DNA of 64,000 bases from an uncultured Planctomycetota bacterium (GCA_963737655.1 CAVTTN010000002.1:1472001-1536000), one strand, 5' to 3'. Shown: positions 1 through 14,268, counted from the stretch's first letter. Translations and numbers: made by a program. The notes: generated by a model not told the origin, from the letters alone.

Positions 1-222
1 CAGGCCCGAATCCCCATGAAGTGGCTGACCGACGACGAGGACCATCAATGCATCAATAACGGTGGACTCCTCGGCTCCCCCGAGGGACACATCCACGGAG
101 ACTCCACCGTCTTCTACTTCGGCGCCGGCTACGGGATGCAGGACGACCCCCGGCCCCGGAACAACCGCTGGCCCCCCCTCGACTGGGACATCGCCGCCGT
201 CTCGGTCAAGATGGCCCGATGA
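1..222 (+). CDS. 3' end of a hypothetical protein (truncated by window start)
   Basis: Frame 1 open from base 1 to TGA at 220-222 with GC3-rich codons. Confidence 0.6.
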   Translation, partial: QARIPMKWLTDDEDHQCINNGGLLGSPEGHIHGDSTVFYFGAGYGMQDDPRPRNNRWPPLDWDIAAVSVKMAR

Positions 223-255
223 CCGACCAGTCGGCCGGACGGACGAAGGGGGAAA

Positions 256-319
256 ATGGTGAAAAATGGTGTCGGATCTATTTTATACTCAAAATAGATC
301 CGACACCATTTTTCACCAT
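256..319. repeat. Perfect 29-bp inverted repeat with 6-nt loop (REP-like palindrome)
   Basis: ATGGTGAAAAATGGTGTCGGATCTATTTT-ATACTC-AAAATAGATCCGACACCATTTTTCACCAT. Confidence 0.9.
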
Positions 320-380
320 CGTCCGACCATTCTTCGCCGACGCTCCCCTCAATTCCAGGATTGACACCCCATCGATCCCA

Positions 381-417
381 CGGAACTTGACGACACTTTT
401 GCGGAACTTGACGACAC
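381..417. repeat. Tandem 16-bp direct repeat, 21-bp period
   Basis: CGGAACTTGACGACAC at 381-396 and 402-417. Confidence 0.8.
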
Positions 418-803
418 ATTTTCGCCAAAATCGCCGAGAACGGCGGAAAACAAGGGAAATCCCGCGCGCAACGACGCGTACCAGGCCACGACCATTGATA
501 AAAACACACGTCGTTCGATTCGGCGCAATCCCCGCCCCTGAAACAGCCTGGGCCCGAGCCTGATCTCGTCCCGGACCCGTCCCCAAGGGGGAAAACGTGT
601 CCCCGAGCCCGCACACTTCGGGCCTCCCGGGCGCCTCGCCCCCGATCGGCCCATCGAAATTCGGGCGATCGCGGACCGGCCCCGGGCCCGATGGTAGGTT
701 CGCGGGCCGGGCCTCGTCCGCAGGATTGCACCGCGACCCACAGGGCGTTACCCTCTCCCCGCGGCCCCCTCGCGCCTCCGATCGAAACAAGGCAGATCGC
801 GCC

Positions 804-1907
804 ATGAAGATCCGTCGGATCGCCGCCCACCGCGTCGAGCTCCCCCTGGTCGAGGGGAGCTATCGCTGGTCGGGCGGCAAATCGGTCAGCGTCTTCGACA
901 GCACCATCGTGGCCGTCGAGGCCGACGACGGCTCCATCGGCGTCGGCGAGGTCTGCCCACTCGGCCCGGCCTACCTCCCCGCCTTCGCCGCCGGGGCCCG
1001 GGCCGGGATCGCCGAGCTTGCTCCCCACCTCCTGGGCGAAGACCCCCTCCAGCTCGACCGCCTGAACGCCCGGATGGACGCCGCCCTGAAGGGCCACCCC
1101 TACGTCAAATCGGCCCTGGACATCGCCTGCTGGGACCTCCTCGGCCAGGCCGCCCGCCTGCCCGTATCCATCTTGCTCGGCGGACGTTACGGCGAAAGCT
1201 TCCCGCTCTATCGGGCCATCTCCCAGGAGGATCCCGACACGATGGCGGGCAAGGTCGCCGGCTACCGGGCCGAAGGCTATCGGAGCTTCCAGCTCAAGGT
1301 CGGCGGCGACCCCGACACCGACATCGCCCGGATCAAGGCCGTCTCCGCCGCCCTCCGGCCCGGAGACCGCCTGATCGCCGACGCCAACACCGGCTGGCTG
1401 ATGCACGAGGCCGCCCGGGTCGTCCGCGCCGTCCGCGACATCGACGTCTCCATCGAGCAGCCCTGCCTCTCCTACGAGGAATGCCTGTCCATCCGCCGAC
1501 GGACCGACCACCCGTTCGTCCTCGACGAGGTCATTGACGGAATCCCCGCCCTGCTTCGAGGTTACGCCGACGGCGCCATGGACGTCGTGAACCTCAAGAT
1601 TGGCAAGCTCGGCGGCTTGACCCGGGCCCGCCAGGCCCGAGACCTCTGCGTCTCGCTCGGGATCGCCATGACCATCGAGGATACCTGGGGCGGCGACATC
1701 ACCACGACCGCCATCGCCCACCTCGCCCACAGCACCCCGCCCGCCTACCTCTTCACATCCACCGATTTCAACAGTTATGTGACCGTAAGCACCGCAAACG
1801 GCGCCCCGAACCGTCGCGAGGGCCGGCTCTCCGCCCCGACCGGCCCCGGCCTCGGCATCCTCCCCCGGATGGATGTCCTCGGCCCCCCGGTCGTGGAAGT
1901 CTTTTGA
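804..1907 (+). CDS. Enolase-superfamily (mandelate racemase/MLE) enzyme, similar to cis-3-hydroxy-L-proline dehydratase / hydroxyproline-betaine epimerase
   Basis: ATG 804; motifs [30 protein letters not shown]. Confidence 0.85.
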   Translation: MKIRRIAAHRVELPLVEGSYRWSGGKSVSVFDSTIVAVEADDGSIGVGEVCPLGPAYLPAFAAGARAGIAELAPHLLGEDPLQLDRLNARMDAALKGHPYVKSALDIACWDLLGQAARLPVSILLGGRYGESFPLYRAISQEDPDTMAGKVAGYRAEGYRSFQLKVGGDPDTDIARIKAVSAALRPGDRLIADANTGWLMHEAARVVRAVRDIDVSIEQPCLSYEECLSIRRRTDHPFVLDEVIDGIPALLRGYADGAMDVVNLKIGKLGGLTRARQARDLCVSLGIAMTIEDTWGGDITTTAIAHLAHSTPPAYLFTSTDFNSYVTVSTANGAPNRREGRLSAPTGPGLGILPRMDVLGPPVVEVF

Positions 1908-2125
1908 AGGAAAAGACTTCGGTCGGGCAACCCCGCTCGGTCCCCGGATCGCCGAAATGATCTCAGCCGCTCCAAACGATCCATTTCACATGAAATTGCG
2001 ATGAAAACGGATCAAAACCTCCTGATCGACCTTCGCAAGAGGGCATGGACTCGCTATTTTCGCTCCTCCCGGCGACGAGGTCGGGACGTCTATCCTCTCC
2101 ACGACCGTCTCAGGAGCAGCCTCTC

Positions 2126-2785
2126 ATGGAAACGCATCAGGAAACGGGCCGGCGGCCGAAGGCCCGGACCTTGTGGATCGTCGCGGCCCTGGGGATGATC
2201 GCCGGTCCGGCCCGGGCCGAGTACATCGACCAGTCGAACACCAACGCCCCTCAGCGGTTCTACAACACCGACCCTTCATCAGGGAACACGCCGATCGGTC
2301 AGGAGTTCACCCCGACGATCTCTTCTCTCGATTTCGTCAAGCTTTACGTCGCCGACGCCGGCAGCGACATCGGCCCCGGGGCGAATTTCGAGGTGAACAT
2401 CCGCCAGGCCTCGATCGCCGGGACGATCCTCGGGACGAGCGACGTCACCTACGTCCCCGACGGCACGAACACCGGCGGAGGCTCCACGATCACCGACTTC
2501 TCGTTCGCCAGCCCCGTGAGCCTGACCCCCGGGTCGCTTTATGTGATCCAGGTCGTCCAGCTCGCCCCGATCGTGACTGGGAACTTCAATTTCGGGATCG
2601 ACGGCAACACCGCGGACGTCTATTCGGGCGGTCGGGCGATCATCGGCGGCATCCCGAACTCCAATTTTGACTTCTATTTCAGCGAAGGCGTCCGCGCCGT
2701 GCCCGAGCCGGCGAGCCTCACGCTGGTGGGGATCGGCCTGCTCGGACCGATCCTCGCCCGACGAGCCCGTCGCCGGGCATCCTGA
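2126..2785 (+). CDS. PEP-CTERM surface protein
   Basis: AGGAG RBS, signal peptide ending ARA, C-terminal VPEPASL + TM helix + RRARRR. Confidence 0.85.
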   Translation: METHQETGRRPKARTLWIVAALGMIAGPARAEYIDQSNTNAPQRFYNTDPSSGNTPIGQEFTPTISSLDFVKLYVADAGSDIGPGANFEVNIRQASIAGTILGTSDVTYVPDGTNTGGGSTITDFSFASPVSLTPGSLYVIQVVQLAPIVTGNFNFGIDGNTADVYSGGRAIIGGIPNSNFDFYFSEGVRAVPEPASLTLVGIGLLGPILARRARRRAS

Positions 2786-2922
2786 TCCCTCGAACGGCCC
2801 CGGGCCGGGGGCGGGGCCTTGACGGACCCGGGGCCCTCGGCCATCCTGTCCGATCTCGGGACCCGGGCCTCTGGCCGACCCTTTCGGATCGGGGGCGGGC
2901 ATCGCGAGGAGGGACCGCCCCG

Positions 2923-3963
2923 ATGCCCCGATGCCCGACCCTCGCGGCCATCGTCCTGACACTCCTCACCGTTGCCGAACCTTGTCCGGCCCAATGGGTT
3001 GCGCAAGAAAGCGGAACAAAAGCCCGGCTCCGCGGGGTCTCGGTCGTCGGCCCCGAGGTCGCCTGGGCCAGCGGGGCCGGCGGGACGGTCTTGATGACCC
3101 TCGACGGCGGCAAGACCTGGAAGCCCCGGCCCGTACCCGACGCCTCCGGCCTGGATTTCCGGGACGTCGTGGCCATCGACGCCCGGACCGCCTACCTCCT
3201 GGCGATCGGCGAGGGGGAAAAATCCCGGATCTTCAAGACCAAAGATGGCGGAACTTCCTGGACTCTCCAGTTGACCAACCGCGACCCCAAGGGATTTCTC
3301 GACGCCCTCGCCTTCTGGGACGCCGACCACGGCCTGGCCCTGGGCGATCCGGTCGACGGACGGTTCACCATCGTGACAACCGACGACGGCGGCAAGACTT
3401 GGGTCAAATCGGGCATCGAGGGCATGCCCCCGGCTCTCCCCAGGGAAGGAGCTTTCGCCGCAAGCGGAACCTGCCTGATTACCCAGGGCCACCACAACGC
3501 CTTCTTCGCCACGGGAGGGGCCAACGTCGCCCGGGTCTTCCGTTCCCGGGACCGGGGACGGACCTGGACCGCCTCTGAGACCCCAATTCGCGCCGGATCG
3601 GCCACGTCGGGGATCTTCTCCCTGGCTTTCCGAGACGCCGACCACGGAGTGATCGTCGGAGGCTCCTACGACCGACCCGACCTCGGCGGAAGGATCGTCG
3701 CAACCTCCGATGACGGCGGGACAACCTGGAAATCTTCCGAAGGACCAAACCCTCAAGGGTTTCGGTCGGCGGTCGCCTATCTCGACAGGCCCAACCGGCT
3801 GGTCACGGTCGGTCCGTCCGGCTCGGATCTGTCGAACGACGGAGGCAAATCCTGGAAACCCCTGGGGCCATTGGGCTTCCACGCCGTCAACTTCGCCGGC
3901 CCGGATGCCGGCTGGGCCGTCGGCGAAGAAGGTCGGATCGCCCGGTTCCAGATCCAGCCCTGA
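2923..3963 (+). CDS. Secreted BNR/Asp-box beta-propeller (Ycf48/sialidase-like)
   Basis: Signal peptide; repeated T/S-x-D-G-G-x-T/S-W Asp boxes. Confidence 0.85.
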   Translation: MPRCPTLAAIVLTLLTVAEPCPAQWVAQESGTKARLRGVSVVGPEVAWASGAGGTVLMTLDGGKTWKPRPVPDASGLDFRDVVAIDARTAYLLAIGEGEKSRIFKTKDGGTSWTLQLTNRDPKGFLDALAFWDADHGLALGDPVDGRFTIVTTDDGGKTWVKSGIEGMPPALPREGAFAASGTCLITQGHHNAFFATGGANVARVFRSRDRGRTWTASETPIRAGSATSGIFSLAFRDADHGVIVGGSYDRPDLGGRIVATSDDGGTTWKSSEGPNPQGFRSAVAYLDRPNRLVTVGPSGSDLSNDGGKSWKPLGPLGFHAVNFAGPDAGWAVGEEGRIARFQIQP

Positions 3964-4020
3964 CCCGACACCCAGGCGCCCGTCCGCCGGCGTGTTCGGT
4001 CGGTCGGGTGGCGCGTGGAG

Positions 4021-4061
4021 ACGCCCGCCCCGGAGACGGGATTCGTCTCCGGGGCGGGCGT
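4021..4061. terminator. 18-bp GC stem-loop between the convergent BNR gene and rrn operon
   Basis: ACGCCCGCCCCGGAGACG-GGATT-CGTCTCCGGGGCGGGCGT just past the 5S 3' end. Confidence 0.7.
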
Positions 4062-4069
4062 GTTGGGGG

Positions 4070-4181
4070 ATCCCGGCGATCACCGACTTTCGCGCCTTGG
4101 GCACTATCATGGGCCCGGCGGGCTTAACGGCCGTGTTCGGGATGGGAACGGGTGTGGCCCCGCCGGTCTGGTCGCCGGGAA
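4070..4181 (-). rRNA. rrf: 5S rRNA (short, ~110 nt)
   Basis: Minus strand ACACCCGTTCCCATCCCGAACACGGCCGTTAAGC core; paired ends CCCGGCGA/TCGCCGGG. Confidence 0.95.
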
Positions 4182-4388
4182 CGCGGCCCGGGGGCGGTCG
4201 GGCCCCGCGGGTCGCGGCAATCTCGCGTCGGTGACGAGGCGTCGATTCGATTCGGCATGGGTCGTGGCAGGACGGCGTCATCTCGCCGGATGCGGCGATC
4301 GTTACCATCTTTGCTCGGGGACCTGGGCCACCGGATCGGCCCGGCGCGTCGCATGCCCTTTGGGGGGCGTGCGGCGGCGGGTCGGGGT

Positions 4389-7189
<2,801 letters not shown>

Positions 7190-7436
7190 ACGCCGACCCG
7201 ACGCCGTCTCCGGCGCCTGCCGACGAATGGTCGCATGTCCCCGCCCCGCCGCGCGTCTCGCGACGCTCCACGGGGCGCTGAGTAACGATCCCCGCGCGGC
7301 CTCGCGGCCGGGCGGGTCGCATCCAAGGAGATGAAACCTATCCTGTCCTAGACCCTGTCCCGCCCCAGAATTCCTCGGCCGAGGCCGATCGATCCCGGGG
7401 CGGACGAATCTTCGTCTCGTCTCGTCACCGACGCCA

Positions 7437-7450
7437 AATTGTCAAAAAGC
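7437..7450 (-). promoter_or_regulatory. boxA-like antiterminator in the 16S-23S spacer
   Basis: GCTTTTTGACAATT on minus strand, matching the leader copy. Confidence 0.6.
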
Positions 7451-7706
7451 CGGGCCGAGGATTCCTCCTCGGCACGCCTGGCCGCCGGCCAGGGGCCGGG
7501 GCACGCCCCCGCTCGGGGAGGGATGCCGCGGCCCGCGCCCGGAGGGGCAGACGGGGTCGCAATGCGGCCGATCGCAAGATCTCACCGTCCATTCCGCGTG
7601 GACCCGCGGGGGGAGCCGGCGTAGGCCTCGCCCTCACCGCAGGAGGAGGGGCGGGCCGATGCGGTCACCGAGATCCGAGGATCCCGGGCCGAGGTCGATC
7701 GTCCTT

Positions 7707-9229
<1,523 letters not shown>

Positions 9230-9483
9230 ATGTGCTCCGGGGTGGCCCCCTCCCTCTCGCGAAGGAGGAGTCGCCCCGTCGCTCCTCGATGGGTCGAGGA
9301 TGTGCTGATGGTCGCTCCGGACTCTCTCTCGAGAGGCCGGGGCGTGCTGACCGCCCCCCGGTACGCCCGGATCGCCCCCGAAGAGGTGATTCCAAACGCC
9401 CCCGGCGGATGCGCGGCCCACGCCGGCTTCCCTCACGGGTCCACAAGCTCTTCGAGCTTGTCATTCGATCTCGCGATCGGCCG

Positions 9484-9497
9484 AATTGTCAAAGAGG
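9484..9497 (-). promoter_or_regulatory. boxA-like antiterminator in the rrn leader
   Basis: CCTCTTTGACAATT on minus strand. Confidence 0.6.
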
Positions 9498-9652
9498 TCG
9501 GACGCCAGTGGCCGGGTTGACTCGCCCTTGTGAGAGGCTCGTCACCCCGGCCTGTGAAGTACGTCGCCAGAACCGATCCGGTTCGAAACCCGGGTGATCG
9601 TCGCGTCGTGCTTGCCGTCGTCGAAGCGTTCGTTTCGTCGTCGGCGAGGGTT

Positions 9653-9680
9653 ATCATAACGGCCAATCGGCGTGGGTCAA
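9653..9680 (-). promoter_or_regulatory. rrn sigma70-type promoter
   Basis: TTGACC-16 bp-TATGAT with an upstream A-tract (CAAAAAACC); a 16-bp spacer is typical of rrn promoters. Confidence 0.7.
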
Positions 9681-10078
9681 GACTCTGCTTCGGTTTTTTG
9701 AGGAGACGGGGTGATGGGGTTGCGGGTGTGGGGTGAAGGGACGGCCCTGGCGGCCCGTTCCGCGGCCCGTCGTCGGCCCTTGGCGACGAGCATCAGGTTC
9801 CTCACGTAGATGAACACGCCCAGGGCCTGGCCGACCATGATGACCGGGTCTTCGCGGTGGTTGGCGTAGATCAACAGGGTGGTGCCGCCCGCCAGGCTGA
9901 GCCACCAGAAGATGACCGGGACGACCGAATCCTTCCTCTTTTCCGAGGCGATCCACTGGGCGAGGAACCTCGCGGTGAAGATCGCCTGGCCGAGGAAGCC
10001 GACGGTCAGCCACAAGGTGGACGACGAGGAGACGTGGCCGCAGGTCGGGCACGGGGCGTCGGCGAGGAGGGGGATCAT
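9677..10078 (-). CDS. Lipid-A-disaccharide synthase N-terminal (LAB_N) domain membrane protein
   Basis: GFLGQAIFTARFLAQWIASEK...SVVPVIFWWLSLAGG...DPVIMVGQ. Confidence 0.85.
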   Translation of the reverse strand: MIPLLADAPCPTCGHVSSSSTLWLTVGFLGQAIFTARFLAQWIASEKRKDSVVPVIFWWLSLAGGTTLLIYANHREDPVIMVGQALGVFIYVRNLMLVAKGRRRAAERAARAVPSPHTRNPITPSPQKTEAES

Positions 10079-10082
10079 CGCG

Positions 10083-10964
10083 TCAAACCTCCTGGGCGAC
10101 TGGGGTTGAGGCGAGGTTCGCGGCGGGGACGGCCGAGGGCGAAGGGACGATCTCGTAGCGGATCGGCCGGCGCATCAGCCAGGCCACGCCGAGGAGGTCC
10201 ACCACGACCTTCAGCGAGCGATTCCAGAGGTTGTAGTGCGACTGGCCGTGGGGGCGAGGGCGATGGCTCACGGGCACCTGGATGATCTGGCACCCCTCGC
10301 GGAGCAACAACGGGCCGAAGAAGCGGTGAGACCCGAGGAACAGGGGCAGGCGGAGGGCGACGTCCCGGGGAAAGATCCGGACCGAGCAGCCGGTGTCCTT
10401 GATCGACTGGCCGAGGGCCGCGTTGCGGATGCGGTTGGCCCAGCGGCTGATGATCCGTTTGGACCAGACGTCCTCGCGCTTCACTCGCCAGCCCAGGGCG
10501 GCGTCGTGGCCGGGCAGGGCGTCCCAGAGGGCGGCGAGGTCGGCCGGATCGTTCTGGAGGTCGGCGTCGAGGACCGAGACCCAGTCCCCCCGGGCGGAGT
10601 GGAACCCGGCGGCCGTGGCGGCGGATTGCCCGACGTTGCGGGCCAGGGTGACGGGGCGGAGCTCGGGATACTCAAGCTGAAGCCCGCGAAGGACTTCGGG
10701 CGAGGAATCGGTCGAGCCGTCGTCCACGACCACGACCTCGAACCAGTCGAGTCGGCCTTTGGAATGGTCCAGGACCCTGGGTCGGAAGGCGCGGGCGATC
10801 TCGGCGAGGAGCTGGGGGAGGCTCTGGGCCTCGTTCTTGGCGGGCACGATGATCGAGAGCGACGGGCGACGGCCTCGGGAGTCGGCCGGGCCCGCGCTCA
10901 GGCGAGTGACCGAACCGAGGGTCGGCCCCCGGCGGTGGGGGGAATCGTGCCTCATGGTCGTCAT
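10083..10964 (-). CDS. GT2 glycosyltransferase (polyprenol-phosphate/ArnC-like)
   Basis: AGGGAGG RBS; SIIVPAKNE, VVDDGSTD, DADLQNDP, DTGC. Confidence 0.85.
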   Translation of the reverse strand: MTTMRHDSPHRRGPTLGSVTRLSAGPADSRGRRPSLSIIVPAKNEAQSLPQLLAEIARAFRPRVLDHSKGRLDWFEVVVVDDGSTDSSPEVLRGLQLEYPELRPVTLARNVGQSAATAAGFHSARGDWVSVLDADLQNDPADLAALWDALPGHDAALGWRVKREDVWSKRIISRWANRIRNAALGQSIKDTGCSVRIFPRDVALRLPLFLGSHRFFGPLLLREGCQIIQVPVSHRPRPHGQSHYNLWNRSLKVVVDLLGVAWLMRRPIRYEIVPSPSAVPAANLASTPVAQEV

Positions 10965-11129
10965 CGCGGCTGGCCTCCCTGCCTCGCTCGGTCCGAGAAG
11001 GGTCATCCTGACCCTTCGCGTGGGCATTTTGCACGGGGGGCGAAACGCGCCTACCCCAGATCGAGGAGATCGGCTAGCCTGGCGGCCGAGCTTCAGGGAT
11101 GACCTCCGCCGACCAGGGACGACGCGGCC

Positions 11130-12479
11130 ATGACCACCCTCGCCGTCGAGCCGACGACCCGGCTCCTGCCCGTCCGAAGGCTGAACGCAAGCCCTTTTAG
11201 CCTCGAAATTTACGGCGACCCCGACGCGGAGACCGACGGCCTCCTGGAGAGCGTCCGGGAGCGAGGGGTGCTGGTCCCGCTGGTGGTCGTCCGCGAGGAA
11301 ACCGGCTGGGGGGTGGTCTCGGGGCATCGGCGGCTGGCCTGCGCCCGGTTTCTGGGGCTGGACCGGGTGCCTTGCGAGGTCCGGGAGATCCCGTCGGAGG
11401 AGGGCCGAAGGCGCGCGGTCCTCGATTATAACCGCCAGAGGCGCAAGACGTTCGGGCAGATGATGCGGGAAGCCTCGGCGCTGGAGGCGCTGCTCTCGGC
11501 CGAGGCCCGGAGGCGGAGCGAGGGGAACCTCGCGCAGAATGCCGAGCGTCGGGATTCCGACGGTCGGGAGGGCCGGACCGATTCGGCCGTGGCCCGGGCC
11601 ATCGGGATCGGCGGGAAGGACGTTTACCGCCAGGCCCGGGCGGTGTGGAAGGCGGCCGAGGAGGGGGACGCTCGGGCCCGGGCCGCCGTGGCGGGGATCG
11701 AGGCGGGTTCGAAGACGATCCACGCGGCCTACAAGGACTTGCGGCGACGGGATCGGTTCTCCTCCGGGTTCCGGCCCTCGCCGTATGACGTCTGGGCGTT
11801 CCGCCACGACCGGGCCTTTGGCGTGCCCCATCCCGGGTCGATCCCGCCGGCGATCGTGGCGCATGCGGTCCACTACTTCACGGCGCCGGGCGACCTGGTG
11901 GTCGATCCGATGGCCGGGGGGGGGACGGTGCTGGACGTCTGCCGGTCGATGGGTCGGCGGTGCCTGGCGTATGACATCCATCCTATCCGCGAGGAGATCG
12001 CGGAAAGAAACGTAAAGGACGGCTTTCCGCCGGACGCGAGCGGATGCCGGCTGATCTTCGTCGATCCACCCTACCACACGATGAAGGCCCGGGGGTACGG
12101 GGCGGCGGGGGTCGGCGAATCGCCCCTGGCCGACTGGATTGCGTTCTTGCAAGTCCTCGCCCGGGACGCCTTCGCCACCCTGGCCGACGGGGGCTATTTC
12201 GCCCTCCTCCTGGCGAGCCAGACCGAGAAGGACCTCCCGGCCGGCGTGGGCTACATCGACCATGCCTTCTTAGGATACCAGGCGATGGCCGCCGCCGGGT
12301 TCGTGCCCGAGAGGCGGATCAGTTGCCCGATGGATGGGCATTACCTGCCCCAGCACGTGCGGAAGGCCCGGGCCGAGGGGCGGATGCTCGGCCAGGTCCG
12401 CGACTTGTTGGTCATGAGGAAGCCCGACGGGCAGCGATCGGCCCCTTACTGGAGCGGCTCTCCGCCGGCCAGCTCGTAG
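11130..12479 (+). CDS. ParB/Srx N-terminal domain fused to an amino (N6-A/N4-C) DNA methyltransferase
   Basis: LLESVRERGVLVPLVV...VVSGHRRLA; HPGSIP, DPMAGGGT (motif I), FVDPPY (motif IV). Confidence 0.85.
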   Translation: MTTLAVEPTTRLLPVRRLNASPFSLEIYGDPDAETDGLLESVRERGVLVPLVVVREETGWGVVSGHRRLACARFLGLDRVPCEVREIPSEEGRRRAVLDYNRQRRKTFGQMMREASALEALLSAEARRRSEGNLAQNAERRDSDGREGRTDSAVARAIGIGGKDVYRQARAVWKAAEEGDARARAAVAGIEAGSKTIHAAYKDLRRRDRFSSGFRPSPYDVWAFRHDRAFGVPHPGSIPPAIVAHAVHYFTAPGDLVVDPMAGGGTVLDVCRSMGRRCLAYDIHPIREEIAERNVKDGFPPDASGCRLIFVDPPYHTMKARGYGAAGVGESPLADWIAFLQVLARDAFATLADGGYFALLLASQTEKDLPAGVGYIDHAFLGYQAMAAAGFVPERRISCPMDGHYLPQHVRKARAEGRMLGQVRDLLVMRKPDGQRSAPYWSGSPPASS

Positions 12480-13471
12480 ACTTTCGCCCGGACGAACGGG
12501 TTGGAGAGCGACGGGTTCCGCCGGACGATCGGCCCGGGCAGGGACGCAATCGCTTTCTCGATCAGGTCTTGCAGCTCGTCGCCGTCGAGGCTGGCGAGCA
12601 CCGATTCGATCGCGGCGTTCTCGGCGGCGCGGGCCGCCTCCTGGCGGATCTGCTCCCGTCGCGAGGCCACGGTCTTGAGCTTCTCCTCCAGCTCCCGGCG
12701 GCGGGATTCGAGCCGCTGGGCGACCTGGGGGAGCAGGTCGTAACCGTCCTCGATCCCCGCGCGGATGTAGCCGGGACCGTTCTGAAGTTTGCCCTGGCTC
12801 TGGAGATAGAGCGCGTTCAGGAGGACTTTGGCCACGGCCTCCGGGTCTTTCTGGGCCGCGAGCTTCTCGGCGAGGCGTTTGGGAAGGCCCTGGTCGGTCA
12901 GCAATTCCTGGAGGTCCACCGCCACCAGCAACCGGCCATCGGCCGAGAGGCGGAAGGGCGTCCCGGGGATGCCGACGCTGGGTGCGTCTTCTCTCGTTCC
13001 TGGATCTCGTTTGGGCCTATCGGCGGGGCCTGGCGGGCCGAAGAACTGGGCCAACGCCTCGAAGCTTTCTGGGACACCCGAGGGGGTGACCTCGAAAGAT
13101 TCTGGGCCCGTCCCGGGGTCGTCCTCTAAAGAATCCAGGACAGTTCGTCCCGGTTTCTGGGACGGCTTCGCCCCCTTGCCCGGGGGGCGGGGCGGGGCCT
13201 GGCGGATGATCTTGTAGGCCGTCGACTTCCCCTTGGTCTTGCTGCTGGCGAGGAAGCCGGATTTGCTTAATTCGGCGATGGCGTCGAGGACGGTTTGTCG
13301 GCTTAATCCGGCCTGTTTGGCGAGGGTGCGGATGCTGGGATAGGCCCAGCCGGAGGTGAAGTCGGCGTAGAGGCCGATCACGAGGTAGACCTTGATGGCG
13401 GACCCGCCGAGGGCCTTGAACGCCTCCGAGCGGAGCAAGTCGTGCTCGACGCGGAAGAAGAAGTGATCCAT
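12446..13471 (-). CDS. Winged-helix (HTH_36-like) protein resembling phage/plasmid replication initiators
   Basis: WAYPSIRTLAKQAGLSRQTVLDAIAELSKSGFL; repetitive linker; C-terminal QNGPGYIRAGIEDGY. Confidence 0.7.
   Translation of the reverse strand: MDHFFFRVEHDLLRSEAFKALGGSAIKVYLVIGLYADFTSGWAYPSIRTLAKQAGLSRQTVLDAIAELSKSGFLASSKTKGKSTAYKIIRQAPPRPPGKGAKPSQKPGRTVLDSLEDDPGTGPESFEVTPSGVPESFEALAQFFGPPGPADRPKRDPGTREDAPSVGIPGTPFRLSADGRLLVAVDLQELLTDQGLPKRLAEKLAAQKDPEAVAKVLLNALYLQSQGKLQNGPGYIRAGIEDGYDLLPQVAQRLESRRRELEEKLKTVASRREQIRQEAARAAENAAIESVLASLDGDELQDLIEKAIASLPGPIVRRNPSLSNPFVRAKVYELAGGEPLQ
13057..13139. repeat. Three 17-bp imperfect repeats at exact 33-bp period inside the Rep-like gene
   Basis: CCTCGAAGCTTTCTGGG (13057), CCTCGAAAGATTCTGGG (13090), CCTCTAAAGAATCCAGG (13123). 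Confidence 0.7.
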
Positions 13472-13559
13472 GAGCGGCGGGGGCCTTCCTCGGGGCGCCT
13501 CGGCCCGGCTCCATCCGGTCCCGATTCGATCGATTTTCGGTCGATCCGACCCGGAATGT

Positions 13560-13874
13560 TCAGTTGGCTTCGGGGGACGGGGGGTCGGAGACGTAGTACG
13601 TCTTGACCTTGCCGCGTTCCCGGGTGGTGGAGACGACCAGGCCGAGGGTTTCGAGCCGGGCGAGGCTGTCCAGGACGGTGGGGCAGGAGAGGCTCGTGCG
13701 ATCCTGGAGCTGGCGGAGGCTGAGGGTCACGCTGGAGTCGGGCCGGCCTCCGCAGGCCTGGAGGATCACGAGGTAGACCTTGATGGCCTCCCCCTTGATC
13801 CGGGCGAGGTAGCCGCGGTCCAGGAGGACGCTTCGGAGCCATTCGGTCTGGATCGGCGGCATCGTGGCGGGCAC
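13560..13874 (-). CDS. Small stand-alone winged-helix protein, paralogous to the N-terminus of 12446..13471
   Basis: Shared AIKVYLVI and LS-x-x-TVLD helix-turn-helix; GGGAGG RBS. Confidence 0.75.
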   Translation of the reverse strand: MPATMPPIQTEWLRSVLLDRGYLARIKGEAIKVYLVILQACGGRPDSSVTLSLRQLQDRTSLSCPTVLDSLARLETLGLVVSTTRERGKVKTYYVSDPPSPEAN

Positions 13875-14268
13875 GGCGGACCCCCTCCCTGGCTCCTCTC
13901 TCCGCGTCGTCGCGGGCCCTGGCGTCCGGGCCGGGGCGTCTCCTGGGTCAGTATCGACCCGGCGCCGGTCGGCCCCCCAGCAATTCGGGGAGGACGGTCC
14001 GTGAGCCTTCTCACCCCGGTCGCCAGGAGTCCGTTGGGACGCCGGATTCCTGGTCTGGCCGGGAGGGAAGGGGCGTTCGGTGGCGTGGGGGTCGAAGAAG
14101 CCGAACCCAGGATTCCGGAAGGGTTAAGGGAGATTCGGAGAGCCGCCGATCGGTCGCGGCACGAGGGCTGAATAGGGGGATTCCGGGTCGCGATCCGGGA
14201 GGGCCGCCGACGCGACGGATCGAACCGGACCGGGCCCGGCGGACGGATCATCACGAGGGACGACGGAC

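Noticed and set aside
7190..7706. tRNA-Ile/Ala in the spacer
   Set aside because: No cloverleaf or T-arm consensus visible on the minus strand
10965..12263. N-terminal extension of the 726-aa glycosyltransferase ORF
   Set aside because: Antisense to the ParB-MTase; the true start with RBS is at 10964
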